NCBI GenBank assembly: GCA_902537615.1
Contig: CACBBU010000003.1
Span: 17,647-81,646, forward strand
Reading direction: 5' to 3'
Source: an uncultured Alphaproteobacteria bacterium
GTDB taxonomy: Bacteria > Pseudomonadota > Alphaproteobacteria > Methylaequorales > Methylaequoraceae
DNA: 64,000 nt
The position numbers and the translations under genes were made by a program. Each line of letters opens with the position of its first letter. Positions within the stretch are counted from its first letter, which is position 1. Below, one piece after another: positions 1 through 9,145 of the stretch. The notes under the pieces are model-generated. The model searched no databases and was not told where the DNA came from. It saw nothing but the letters and a program-made list of their open reading frames with translations.

Positions 1-419
1 TTAAAATTTGCGTATAAATTAGATGCAGGATGTCTGGAAATAAATCTTTTTCTATCATTTAAGTTTATGGTTTTTTTTAGTTTACCAATAAGTGTTATTC
101 TTGGTCTTGACATGGGATCTTCATAGGATGAAAATTTATTGTCAAACTTTGGAAAAAATTTATATAGTTTTCTTTCTTCACAGAGCATCAATGATGCAGA
201 GTTTTTTTCTTTTATGTTCTTGGTGTGTTCAGATAGATCTGAAAGTAGTAATATTGGGGATAGGTCATAGTCAAAAGCTGCAAGAGTAAAGGTACTGTAA
301 GAGAATGGCCCATACATTTGAGTTCTAATATTTTTAAAGTTTTTTGAGTCAAATTCTGTAGACAAATATCCTTTTAGAGCTGATCTTATTAGTTGCCTTG
401 CTTTAAAATTAATTTTCAT
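1..419 (-). CDS. PNPOx/HugZ-like FMN-binding split-barrel family protein, N-terminal part (3' end beyond window edge)
   Basis: Not in the ORF track because it runs off the window. Hand translation from ATG 419-417: MKINFKARQLIRSALKGYLSTEFDSKNFKNIRTQMYGPFSYSTFTLAAFDYDLSPILLLSDLSEHTKNIKEKNSASLMLCEE...DPMSRPRITLIGKLKK. The pattern (G.L.T..G.P..S....D..P..L.S.L..HT.N....ASL...DP...R.TL.G) resembles HugZ/pyridoxamine-5'-phosphate-oxidase-related proteins. Family call is from memory of the motif only. Confidence 0.45.
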   Translation of the reverse strand, partial: MKINFKARQLIRSALKGYLSTEFDSKNFKNIRTQMYGPFSYSTFTLAAFDYDLSPILLLSDLSEHTKNIKEKNSASLMLCEERKLYKFFPKFDNKFSSYEDPMSRPRITLIGKLKKTINLNDRKRFISRHPASNLYANF

Positions 420-457
420 AGGTTTACAAATATAAATTAATATGTACTAGTTAACAA

Positions 458-925
458 ATGTTTACAATATTAAAAAATGTCAAATATCTTTTATTTTTTT
501 TATTATTTTCCTCTATCAAAGTTGAAGCAAACCAACATGAAAAACTTGCTCTTCATGGAGGATATACTTTTGAAACAAATCTAGAGCAAAAAGCTACTGC
601 AGTGTATCTCAGTTTTTTTAATAATAGTGAAAAAGAAATAGAAATAGAGTCTTTCAGTACAGAAATTGCTAATTCTGTAGAAATGCATGATGTTAAAATT
701 ACTGATGATGTTGTAAAAATGTTTAAGGTAGAGAGCGTAGAAATTAAATCAAAAAGTGAACTATTTTTACAGCCGGGGGGTAGGCATTTAATGTTGTTTG
801 GTTTAAAAAAAAAGCTTAATGATAAAGAGTCATTTGTTTTAAAAGTTCATTTAAAAAACAAAGTAGTTTTAGAAACTAATATCCTAGTTTTGGATAAAAA
901 GCTTAAAGCAAACTTCTTAAATTAG
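458..925 (+). CDS. periplasmic copper chaperone PCu(A)C
   Basis: Signal peptide, then an exact PCuAC copper motif H-X10-M-X21-H-X-M (EMHDVKITDDVVKMFKVESVEIKSKSELFLQPGGRHLMLFGL). Confidence 0.8.
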   Translation: MFTILKNVKYLLFFLLFSSIKVEANQHEKLALHGGYTFETNLEQKATAVYLSFFNNSEKEIEIESFSTEIANSVEMHDVKITDDVVKMFKVESVEIKSKSELFLQPGGRHLMLFGLKKKLNDKESFVLKVHLKNKVVLETNILVLDKKLKANFLN

Positions 926-931
926 AGATTC

Positions 932-1357
932 ATGACAGCTAAGAAATTTCATTCAACTGCTGTTGTGATTGAAGATTTTGGTATATTGATTAAGGGTAAG
1001 CCAGGTTCAGGAAAATCCGACTTAGCACTTCGTCTTATAGATTCAGGAGCAACTCTTATTTCTGATGACTTAACTATTTGTAAAAAAATTGGAGATTATT
1101 TATACTTATATCCACATTCTAAAACCAAAGGACTCCTTGAAGTGAGAGAGATAGGAATTATGACTGTTCCCTATGTTGATAGTATTAAATTAACTTTAGT
1201 GGTTGAACTTGTGGAAAAGGAATTTGAAAGAATGCCAAGAAAAATGAATTGTACCCTTTTAGGAATTAAATTTCCTAAAATCAAAATTTTTGGGAAAAGT
1301 TCTTCAGCTGTTGCAAAAATTAAAATTAAACTTAATCAAATAAAAAACTATGTCTAA
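932..1357 (+). CDS. hprK: HPr kinase/phosphorylase, short alphaproteobacterial form (catalytic C-terminal domain only)
   Basis: P-loop GKPGSGKSDLALRLI. 141 aa. First gene of an hprK-rapZ-EIIA(Man)-HPr cluster. Confidence 0.8.
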   Translation: MTAKKFHSTAVVIEDFGILIKGKPGSGKSDLALRLIDSGATLISDDLTICKKIGDYLYLYPHSKTKGLLEVREIGIMTVPYVDSIKLTLVVELVEKEFERMPRKMNCTLLGIKFPKIKIFGKSSSAVAKIKIKLNQIKNYV

Positions 1358-2195
1358 AAGAGTTTTAATTGTCACTGGACTCTCCGGAGCAGGAAGAACC
1401 TCAGCATTAAAAATACTTGAAGATTTTGGCTTTGAGGCAATAGATAATATTCCATTCTTTTTTCTAAAAAATATTATTGAAGTAAAAATTAAAAAAAATT
1501 TAGCCGTTGGTATTGATATCAGAAGTCGAGACTTTGATGCAAAAAAAATTGTGTCACTTATAAATAAAAAAAAGAAAGATATTGATATATCAGTTGTTTT
1601 TTTTGACTGTGATAATCAAAGATTAATCAATAGATACGATGAAAGTAGACGACTTCATCCTCTAAAGCTTGATTTACCCATGGAAGATGTAATTAATAGA
1701 GAGCGTCATTGGTTAGAACCTTTAAAAAGAATAAGTCAATATTATTTAGATACCACTGATTTAACAATTAATTTACTCAGAAAGAAAATGAAGGCCCTAT
1801 TTCAGAAAAATATAAAAATAAAACCAACAGTTAGAATAATTTCTTTTGGATATAAGAATGGTGTGCCAAGAGAGGCTGATTTTGTTTTTGATATGCGTTT
1901 TTTAAAAAATCCATTTTATGTAAAAAAATTAAAAAAATTGGACGGAAGAAATCCAGAAATCATAAATTTTGTTAAAAACCAAGCGCTTTTTATTTTTTTT
2001 TTTGATAATATAAAAATACTAGCTGATAAAATTTTTAATGGATTTAATGAAGAAGGAAAAGATTATATTACAATTGCATTTGGTTGTACTGGGGGAATGC
2101 ATAGGTCAGTTGTAAGTTCAGAATATTTTCACTCTTTTTTACAAAAAAATAAAAAGATTGAGACCTTTTTAGACCATAGGGATTTGAAATTATGA
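1350..2195 (+). CDS. rapZ: RNase adapter / nucleotide-binding protein RapZ (YhbJ family)
   Basis: N-terminal Walker A VTGLSGAGRTSALKILED and C-terminal GCTGGMHRSV motif. 281 aa. 8-nt overlap with hprK. Confidence 0.85.
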   Translation: MSKRVLIVTGLSGAGRTSALKILEDFGFEAIDNIPFFFLKNIIEVKIKKNLAVGIDIRSRDFDAKKIVSLINKKKKDIDISVVFFDCDNQRLINRYDESRRLHPLKLDLPMEDVINRERHWLEPLKRISQYYLDTTDLTINLLRKKMKALFQKNIKIKPTVRIISFGYKNGVPREADFVFDMRFLKNPFYVKKLKKLDGRNPEIINFVKNQALFIFFFDNIKILADKIFNGFNEEGKDYITIAFGCTGGMHRSVVSSEYFHSFLQKNKKIETFLDHRDLKL

Positions 2196-2593
2196 TTGGA
2201 ATAGTGATTGTAGGTCATTCAAATATTTCAAAGGAGTTTTTAGTTGCTCTTGAGCATATTGTTGGCAAACAGGAAAACATAATAGCTATATCAATTTTTC
2301 CTGATGACGATATTAAAAAAAAGAGAGAAGAGATAATTAAATCTGTAAAAAAAGTTAACAAGGGTAAAGGTGTAGTAATCTTAACTGACATGTTTGGAGG
2401 TACCCCTTCAAATCTTGCTATTTCAATTATGGAAGAAGAAAAGGTTGAGGTGGTTGCAGGTGTAAATTTACCAATGCTAATTAAAATTTCTTCTTTAAGA
2501 AATGAATGTGAAATAAAAGAGTTAATTAAAATTTCTCAAGAATCCGGAAGAAAGTACATGAATGTTGCCTCAGCCTTTTTTGGAGAATCTTAA
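2192..2593 (+). CDS. PTS EIIA component, mannose family (regulatory; no permease partner in window)
   Basis: MIGIVIVGHSNISKEF... with the phosphorylatable His in VGHS. 133 aa. ATGA overlap with rapZ. Confidence 0.8.
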   Translation: MIGIVIVGHSNISKEFLVALEHIVGKQENIIAISIFPDDDIKKKREEIIKSVKKVNKGKGVVILTDMFGGTPSNLAISIMEEEKVEVVAGVNLPMLIKISSLRNECEIKELIKISQESGRKYMNVASAFFGES

Positions 2594-2595
2594 GA

Positions 2596-4659
2596 TTGCA
2601 AGAAAAAAGATTAGAGAGAAAAATCTTAATAACAAATAAACTGGGTCTGCACGCAAGAGCATCTGCGAAATTTGTAGACTTTACATCAAAGTGCAAATCA
2701 AAATTTTTTGTTAAAAAGGGAAGGAATGTTGTTAATGGTTCATCTTTATTGGGTTTAATGACACTTGCGGCGTCAAAGGGTACAGAGATCAAAATACAAT
2801 GTATAGGAAAAAATGCAGAGGACGATCTTCAAAAGTTAATTAATCTAATAAAAAATAATTTTGGTGAAGAAAAACCACTTCCTGGGAATTTAATAAAGGA
2901 AAAAATTTTTAGAGGAATTGCTGTTTCCCATGGTTTTGTTATAGGAAATTGTGCGATAAAAAAAAGTAGTGATTTATCCTACTCAAAATATAATATACCT
3001 ACATCAGAGATTAAGAACGAAATACAAAGATTAGAAAAAGCTGTAAAAAATTCAGTTTCAGACTTAGGAAAAATTATAAAAAGAATAAAAGATCATAAAA
3101 ATGATATTTATGGTGAAATGAAATTTATGCTTGAGGCAAATATTTCAATTATTTCTTCATCATCTCTTGTTTCTGACGCAAAAAAAAGAATTCATTCAGA
3201 CTTAATCAATGCTGAATTTGCAATAATAGAGGAATTAAATAAGCATTCTAAAATTTTTAAGAAGATTAAAGATGATTACCTTAAAGATAGATTTGATGAT
3301 GTAAGGGATGCCTGTAGAAGAATTTTAGAGAATCTCCAAAAAAAGAAAAGAAAACAAAAAATAATTAGAGCTAATCAAATATTAATTTCAAACGAACTTA
3401 GTGCAGCTGATTTACTGTCATTATCAAAAACGAAGTTATCAGGATTGGTGAGCGTTATGGGGGGGCCAGAAGGTCATTTTGCCATTGTTGCAAGATCACT
3501 CTCAATACCGACTTTGGTTGGGGTTAAAAACATTTTAAAAGATTTAAAAGATAATGAGCCAATTATCCTTGATGGAGAAAAAGGAATACTTATAAAAAAT
3601 CCAAAAATTTCGACCATTAATTTCTATAAAAAAAAGATTGAAGATCAGAAAAATGTTGATAAAAAATTAAACTTTCTCAGAAAAAAAACTCCTTTGACAT
3701 CTGATAACTTAAGAATTCGTATTGAAGCTAATATTGATAATCCTGATGAAGCAAAAGAAGCTATGAAGATTGGTATTGACGGTATTGGTTTATTGAGAAG
3801 TGAGTACATGTTTATGGATAGAAAAAGAATGCCATCTGAGGATGAGCAATTTTATTTCATAAAAAAAACTTTTAATCATCTGAAAAACAAACCACTGACA
3901 ATAAGAACTTTAGATGTAGGAAACGATAAAAAGGTTCCGTTTATTGAAAAACTTTTGGCAAAATCTAGAAATCCAGCCCTTGGATTAAGGGCTATTAGAC
4001 TTACACTCGCATTCCCAAAAATATTTAAAAGACAAATTTCAGCAATTTTAAGAGCAAGTAAATTTGGAAAAATTAGAATTATGTTACCAATGGTTTCAAA
4101 TGTTTCAGAAATATTGGAGGCGAAAAAGTTAATTAATGATGTTTCAAATGAATTGGCATCAAAAAAAAAATACTTTAATAAAAGAAATATCAAAATCGGT
4201 GTTCTTATTGAAACACCAGCTGCAGCTTTAATTTCTGAGTCTCTTGCAAAAAACTGCGATTTCTTAGCAATTGGAACTAATGATCTAACAATGTACACTC
4301 TTGCAATTGACAGAGGAGACGAAGAGGTAGCAAAAATTTATGACCCTGCTCACTTGTCTGTTCTAAGACTAATTAAGTTATCATCAGATTCAGCAAAAAA
4401 GGTTGGAGTACCTATAAGTGTTTGTGGCGAAATGGCAGGAGACACAATGTTTACGTCTTTGCTATTAGGAATGGGGATAAATACGTTATCAATGAGTATT
4501 TCACGAATTTTGAAAGTTAAACAATTTATCACAAAAATTAACTCTAAAGAAGTTTCTAAAATTTGTAGTGAAATTTTTAAAGAACATGATAATTTGCTGA
4601 TTAAAAATAAATTAAAAGTATATTATGACAAGATATACGATGAACTTAATAATATTTAA
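2596..4659 (+). CDS. ptsI: HPr-Enzyme I fusion (phosphocarrier HPr domain fused in frame to PEP-protein phosphotransferase, no GAF domain)
   Basis: Residues 1-92 are HPr (His15 context NKLGLHARASAKFV, Ser46 context VNGSSLLGLMTLA). The rest is EI (GGPEGHFAIVARSLSIPTLVG active-site His, SVCGEMAGD). I checked the junction codons 2860-2935 and found no stop. TTG start 3 nt after the EIIA stop. Confidence 0.8.
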   Translation: MQEKRLERKILITNKLGLHARASAKFVDFTSKCKSKFFVKKGRNVVNGSSLLGLMTLAASKGTEIKIQCIGKNAEDDLQKLINLIKNNFGEEKPLPGNLIKEKIFRGIAVSHGFVIGNCAIKKSSDLSYSKYNIPTSEIKNEIQRLEKAVKNSVSDLGKIIKRIKDHKNDIYGEMKFMLEANISIISSSSLVSDAKKRIHSDLINAEFAIIEELNKHSKIFKKIKDDYLKDRFDDVRDACRRILENLQKKKRKQKIIRANQILISNELSAADLLSLSKTKLSGLVSVMGGPEGHFAIVARSLSIPTLVGVKNILKDLKDNEPIILDGEKGILIKNPKISTINFYKKKIEDQKNVDKKLNFLRKKTPLTSDNLRIRIEANIDNPDEAKEAMKIGIDGIGLLRSEYMFMDRKRMPSEDEQFYFIKKTFNHLKNKPLTIRTLDVGNDKKVPFIEKLLAKSRNPALGLRAIRLTLAFPKIFKRQISAILRASKFGKIRIMLPMVSNVSEILEAKKLINDVSNELASKKKYFNKRNIKIGVLIETPAAALISESLAKNCDFLAIGTNDLTMYTLAIDRGDEEVAKIYDPAHLSVLRLIKLSSDSAKKVGVPISVCGEMAGDTMFTSLLLGMGINTLSMSISRILKVKQFITKINSKEVSKICSEIFKEHDNLLIKNKLKVYYDKIYDELNNI

Positions 4660-4675
4660 ATGAAAGAGAATAATA

Positions 4676-5962
4676 ATGATGGATTATAAAGTCAGTGATA
4701 TCAAACTTGCTGAATGGGGACGAAAAGAAATTGAGATTGCGGAGACAGAAATGCCTGGTTTAATGAAATTAAGAGAGGAATATAAGTCTGAAAAACCTCT
4801 TCAAGGTGCAAAAATTGCCGGGTGTTTGCATATGACCATTCAAACTGCAGTTTTAATAGAAACTTTAATAGAATTAGGAGCTACAGTAAGATGGAGTTCT
4901 TGCAATATTTACTCTACTCAGGATCAAGCAGCAGCAGCAATCGCTGACAAAAACATTCCTGTATTTGCTTGGAAGGGAGAATCTGAAGAAGAGTTTTGGT
5001 GGTGTATTGAACAAACAATTAATGGACCAAATGGATGGAAACCAAATTTAATATTAGATGATGGTGGTGATCTTACGAAAGTTCTTCATGATAAGTTTCC
5101 AGAAATTTTAGATGATGTCAAAGGTCTTTCGGAAGAAACGACTACAGGAGTCCTGAGATTGGTTGAAATGGAAAAAAAAGGATCACTTAAAGTTCCAGCT
5201 ATTAATGTGAATGACTCAGTTACAAAATCTAAATTTGATAATAAGTATGGATGCAGAGAAAGCTTAGTGGATGGTATCAGAAGAGCAACAGATGTTATGA
5301 TGGCAGGAAAAATTGCCGTTGTTGCCGGTTATGGTGATGTAGGAAAGGGTTCAGCTGAAAGTTTGAGAAATGCTGGCTGTCGAGTTTTAATAACTGAGAT
5401 TGACCCTATTTGTGCTTTACAAGCAGCAATGGATGGATATGAGGTTATCACGATGGATGAAGCTTCTAAAAAAGCAGATATTTTTGTTACTGCAACAGGA
5501 AACGTTGATGTTATAACAGTTGATCATATGAGAGATATGAAAGATCGCAGTATTGTCTGTAATATTGGACATTTTGACTCAGAGATACAAATTGAATCAT
5601 TAAAAAACTTTAAATGGAACAACATTAAACCTCAAGTAGACGAGATAGAGTTTCCTGATGGGAAAAAAATTATCGTACTGGCAGAAGGTAGACTGGTCAA
5701 TCTAGGTTGCGCTACTGGTCATCCAAGTTTCGTTATGTCCGCATCTTTTTGTAATCAAGTTCTTGCTCAAATAGAACTTTGGAAAAATTTTTCTAAATAT
5801 AAAAATAAGGTTTATGTTTTACCAAAGCATCTTGATGAAAAAGTCGCGATGATTCATTTAGATAAGGTCGGTGCTATGTTAACTAAACTTACTGAAAAAC
5901 AAGGTAAGTATATAAATGTTCCTGTTAACGGACCTTTTAAGACTGACGAATATAGATACTAG
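4676..5962 (+). CDS. ahcY: S-adenosyl-L-homocysteine hydrolase
   Basis: [29 protein letters not shown]-terminus, NAD site [13 protein letters not shown]-terminal ...[10 protein letters not shown]. Confidence 0.95.
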   Translation: MMDYKVSDIKLAEWGRKEIEIAETEMPGLMKLREEYKSEKPLQGAKIAGCLHMTIQTAVLIETLIELGATVRWSSCNIYSTQDQAAAAIADKNIPVFAWKGESEEEFWWCIEQTINGPNGWKPNLILDDGGDLTKVLHDKFPEILDDVKGLSEETTTGVLRLVEMEKKGSLKVPAINVNDSVTKSKFDNKYGCRESLVDGIRRATDVMMAGKIAVVAGYGDVGKGSAESLRNAGCRVLITEIDPICALQAAMDGYEVITMDEASKKADIFVTATGNVDVITVDHMRDMKDRSIVCNIGHFDSEIQIESLKNFKWNNIKPQVDEIEFPDGKKIIVLAEGRLVNLGCATGHPSFVMSASFCNQVLAQIELWKNFSKYKNKVYVLPKHLDEKVAMIHLDKVGAMLTKLTEKQGKYINVPVNGPFKTDEYRY

Positions 5963-5966
5963 TTTT

Positions 5967-6974
5967 CTAAATTTTATTTATTCCCTTTGTTGTTGAATAC
6001 TCAAAATGCAAAACTTTCTCAGGATGCACTATATTATAACAATCGTGCGCAGCAATAGCGGCTTCAGAAAAGCCCGTGAGAATAAGTTTAAGTTTTCCAG
6101 AGTAGGTGCACACATCGCCAATTGCGTAAATTCTATCTTTAGAAGTTTTGCAAGTAGACTGGTCTACTTTTAAAATATTTTTCTCTATCTCTAATTCCCA
6201 ATTCTTGATTGGTCCCAAATCACTAGAGAGTCCAAAAAAAGGAAGAAAAAAATCAGTGTTAATTTTTTTTTTGTTATTGTCTAGGTCTTTGACTATAAGG
6301 TCAGTAATTATACCATCTTTTCCGTTAATTGAGTCTAATTGAAAAGGGATAATAAATTCAACATTTTTGTTTTCTAAACTTTTAAGTATTTCTACATTTT
6401 TAGGCGAAGCCCTTAATTTTTCTCTTCTATGAATGAAAAAAATTCTTTTCGCATTCCTTGACAATTCAATTGCCCAGTCAACTGCTGAATCACCTCCGCC
6501 CGCTATAGCAATAGTTTTGTTGTTAAAAATTGACTTATTTTTTACACTATAAAAAACAGATTTGTTTTCAAATTTCTCAATATTTTTTATTGGAGGCTTA
6601 TTCGGTCCAAATGCACCATTCCCTGCTGCAATAAATATGCATTTTGTATGTATTTCATAATTTCCTGAGGTGAAAACTTTGAATGAATTAGCAAGATCAA
6701 TAATTTTATCAACTTGTTGACCAAGGAGAATTTTGGGGTTAAATGGTTTGATTTGTTTATTCAAATTATAAATTAATTCTTGGGCATTAATAACCGGATA
6801 AGCAGGGATATCGTAAATCGGTTTTTCAGGGTAAAGAGCTGAGCATTGCCCACCAATTTCATTGAGACAGTCTACAATGCAGGATTTAATTCCAAGTTGA
6901 CCTAATTCAAAAACGGAAAATAACCCAACTGGACCAGCACCAACAATTAAAACATCAGTATTAATTTTTTTCAT
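5967..6974 (-). CDS. ferredoxin-NADP+ reductase, thioredoxin-reductase-like type
   Basis: VLIVGAGPVGLF FAD site, GGQCSALYPEKPIYDIPAYP signature, second Rossmann AIAGGGDSAVDWA. 335 aa. Confidence 0.85.
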   Translation of the reverse strand: MKKINTDVLIVGAGPVGLFSVFELGQLGIKSCIVDCLNEIGGQCSALYPEKPIYDIPAYPVINAQELIYNLNKQIKPFNPKILLGQQVDKIIDLANSFKVFTSGNYEIHTKCIFIAAGNGAFGPNKPPIKNIEKFENKSVFYSVKNKSIFNNKTIAIAGGGDSAVDWAIELSRNAKRIFFIHRREKLRASPKNVEILKSLENKNVEFIIPFQLDSINGKDGIITDLIVKDLDNNKKKINTDFFLPFFGLSSDLGPIKNWELEIEKNILKVDQSTCKTSKDRIYAIGDVCTYSGKLKLILTGFSEAAIAAHDCYNIVHPEKVLHFEYSTTKGINKI

Positions 6975-7033
6975 TTAGTTCAATATATTGAATACATTAG
7001 TATAAGTTAAGATAATAATAAATTTACAAAAAA

Positions 7034-7510
7034 ATGCCTTCTCAGTTATATATTAGAATTAAAAATTTAAATGAAACAAAAATTTTAGCCCAAATAATTT
7101 CTAAATTTATTTCTATCCCTTTTTTTATCTGTCTAAGTGGAGATATTGGTTCAGGTAAGACAACATTCGCAAGGTTTTTAATAAATCAATTCTCAAAAAA
7201 GAAAATTAAAGTATTAAGTCCAACGTTTCCCATAGTTCAGATTTATGATCTTAAAAAAGTAAATATATGGCACTATGATTTATACAGAATAGAAACAAAA
7301 AATGAATTCTTTAATCTTGATTTTGATACAGCGATTAACAACTGTGTGATTGTAGAATGGCCAGATATTTTTGTAGAATATTTCCCCAAAGATAGAATAG
7401 AAATAAGTTTTCAAGATGAAAAAAATAACATAAGACATGTTAGAATTAAATTATTTGGAACTTCAAAGACGATTAAAGAAAAGCTATGGAAGAAATTAAA
7501 TCAAAAATAA
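7034..7510 (+). CDS. tsaE: tRNA t6A37 biosynthesis ATPase TsaE
   Basis: LSGDIGSGKTTFARFL P-loop, WHYDLYR motif, about 158 aa. Confidence 0.85.
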   Translation: MPSQLYIRIKNLNETKILAQIISKFISIPFFICLSGDIGSGKTTFARFLINQFSKKKIKVLSPTFPIVQIYDLKKVNIWHYDLYRIETKNEFFNLDFDTAINNCVIVEWPDIFVEYFPKDRIEISFQDEKNNIRHVRIKLFGTSKTIKEKLWKKLNQK

Positions 7511-8442
7511 AACAAATTTTGGAAGCAAAACAAATAGAAATTAAAAAATTGTCTCTATTGGCAGGTGATGCCTCCAACAGAAAATATTTTCATTATTATT
7601 CATCAAAAAAAAGCTATGTGATAATGTATGATAATGATCAAAAAAACATAAAAAAATTTATAAAAGTTACGAAAATACTCAAAAACTTTGTTGTTGTTCC
7701 GTCAATAATTTATGATTTTAGCAAACGAAGTATTTTAGTCATAGAAAATTTTGGGCCGACTAAATATGCAGAAATAATGACAAAAAAAAATAAAAAAGAA
7801 ATTTATATGCTAGCAGTTGATGCAATATTTAATATTCAGAAAATTAGAAATCCAGATTTACCAAAATACTCACTCAATATGTTTATTGAGGAAAGTAATC
7901 TTTTTTTTGATTGGTACATCAATTATTTGAAAACCAGTGAATTAAATTTGTTAAAAAAAAAATTTAATAAATTATTTAAATCCTGTTTTTCTTATATAGA
8001 AACCACACCCCAGGTATTTGTTCATAGAGATTTCCATATAGATAATCTTTTTTATTTACATAAACTTAAAAGTAGAAAATGTGGATTAATTGATTATCAA
8101 GATGCGGTTATTGGTCCTTGTGCATACGACTTAGTTTCCCTTACACAAGATGCGAGAATAGACGTCCCAAAACAGTTAGAATATGAATTAATTAATTATT
8201 TTTTGAAACCAAATTTTAAAATCAAAAGAGAAAATTTTATGTTTTCATACAACTTATTGGCCATCCAACGTCATATGAAAGTTCTAGGAATATTTTGCAG
8301 ACTATCTGAAAGGGATAAGAAAGACCAATATTTGAAACATCTTCCAAGAGTAAAAAAAATGTTACATGAAAACTTAAAAAAAGAAAAATTTGAAAAGTTT
8401 TATTCACTATTATCACCTTTATTGAGTTATGACAGAGATTAA
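7486..8442 (+). CDS. aminoglycoside-phosphotransferase-fold kinase, AmgK-like (anomeric MurNAc/GlcNAc kinase family)
   Basis: Catalytic VHRDFHIDNLFY and IDYQDA motifs. Sits in the conserved position between tsaE and a MurU-like nucleotidyltransferase. Confidence 0.6.
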   Translation: MEEIKSKIKQILEAKQIEIKKLSLLAGDASNRKYFHYYSSKKSYVIMYDNDQKNIKKFIKVTKILKNFVVVPSIIYDFSKRSILVIENFGPTKYAEIMTKKNKKEIYMLAVDAIFNIQKIRNPDLPKYSLNMFIEESNLFFDWYINYLKTSELNLLKKKFNKLFKSCFSYIETTPQVFVHRDFHIDNLFYLHKLKSRKCGLIDYQDAVIGPCAYDLVSLTQDARIDVPKQLEYELINYFLKPNFKIKRENFMFSYNLLAIQRHMKVLGIFCRLSERDKKDQYLKHLPRVKKMLHENLKKEKFEKFYSLLSPLLSYDRD

Positions 8443-9145
8443 TGAAGCAATGATTTTTGCGGCTGGATTTGGTAAAAGAATGCATCCACTTACGAAAAAA
8501 ATACCAAAGCCTTTATTAAAAGTGAATGGAAAGCCAATAATTTTTTATATAATTGAAGAATTAATTAATTTAAATTTTAAAAATATTGTTATTAATACTC
8601 ATCATTTGTCAGAAAAATTTCATACTGAATTGAAACCCTATTCAAAGACCGTAAAAATTATTTTTGAAAAAGAAATTTTAGATACTGGTGGTGGTTTTCT
8701 GAATGCTATTAAGAAAGACTATTTTCATAATTTAAAAATCCCTAAAGTTTTAATTAACGGTGATGTTTTATGGAAAAAAAATATAACCTGTCCTATTAAA
8801 AATATTATAAAAAATTGGAACGAAGAAAAGATGGATTTATTATTATGCTTGATAAAAAAAAAAAAAATCATTGGTTATAAGGGAAAAGGAGACTTTAATT
8901 TAGAAGAACCTCAAAAAGAAGTTTCAATAATAAACAATGATCAACAAAAAGATTTTGTTTTTTCTGGACTTCAGTTGGTTAAACCTAAATTACTTGAAAA
9001 AAAAATTGAAAAAAAATTCTCTATGCGAGAAATATTTTTTGCAAAGACGAAAAATAAAATTTATGGAATTAACGACAATAATCAATGGTATCATATTAGT
9101 GAACCAGATGATTTAAAAAACATAAATAATAACTTAAAAACATGA
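8429..9145 (+). CDS. sugar-1-phosphate nucleotidyltransferase, MurU-like
   Basis: N-terminal AAGFGKRMHPLTKKIPKPLLKVNGKPII signature. Paired with the upstream kinase. Confidence 0.6.
   Translation: MTEINEAMIFAAGFGKRMHPLTKKIPKPLLKVNGKPIIFYIIEELINLNFKNIVINTHHLSEKFHTELKPYSKTVKIIFEKEILDTGGGFLNAIKKDYFHNLKIPKVLINGDVLWKKNITCPIKNIIKNWNEEKMDLLLCLIKKKKIIGYKGKGDFNLEEPQKEVSIINNDQQKDFVFSGLQLVKPKLLEKKIEKKFSMREIFFAKTKNKIYGINDNNQWYHISEPDDLKNINNNLKT

Noticed and set aside
4660-4675. An SAH riboswitch upstream of ahcY.
   Set aside because: The spacer between ptsI and ahcY is only 16 nt, which leaves no room for a riboswitch aptamer.
6979-6992. A perfect 14-bp palindrome TTCAATATATTGAA immediately upstream of the ferredoxin-NADP reductase start. 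Similar 7-bp-arm dyads occur before the MarR gene (CATAATT-N7-AATTATG, 48851-48871).
   Set aside because: By my rough estimate about ten perfect 14-bp palindromes are expected by chance in this AT-rich window. Without conservation data they cannot be distinguished from background.
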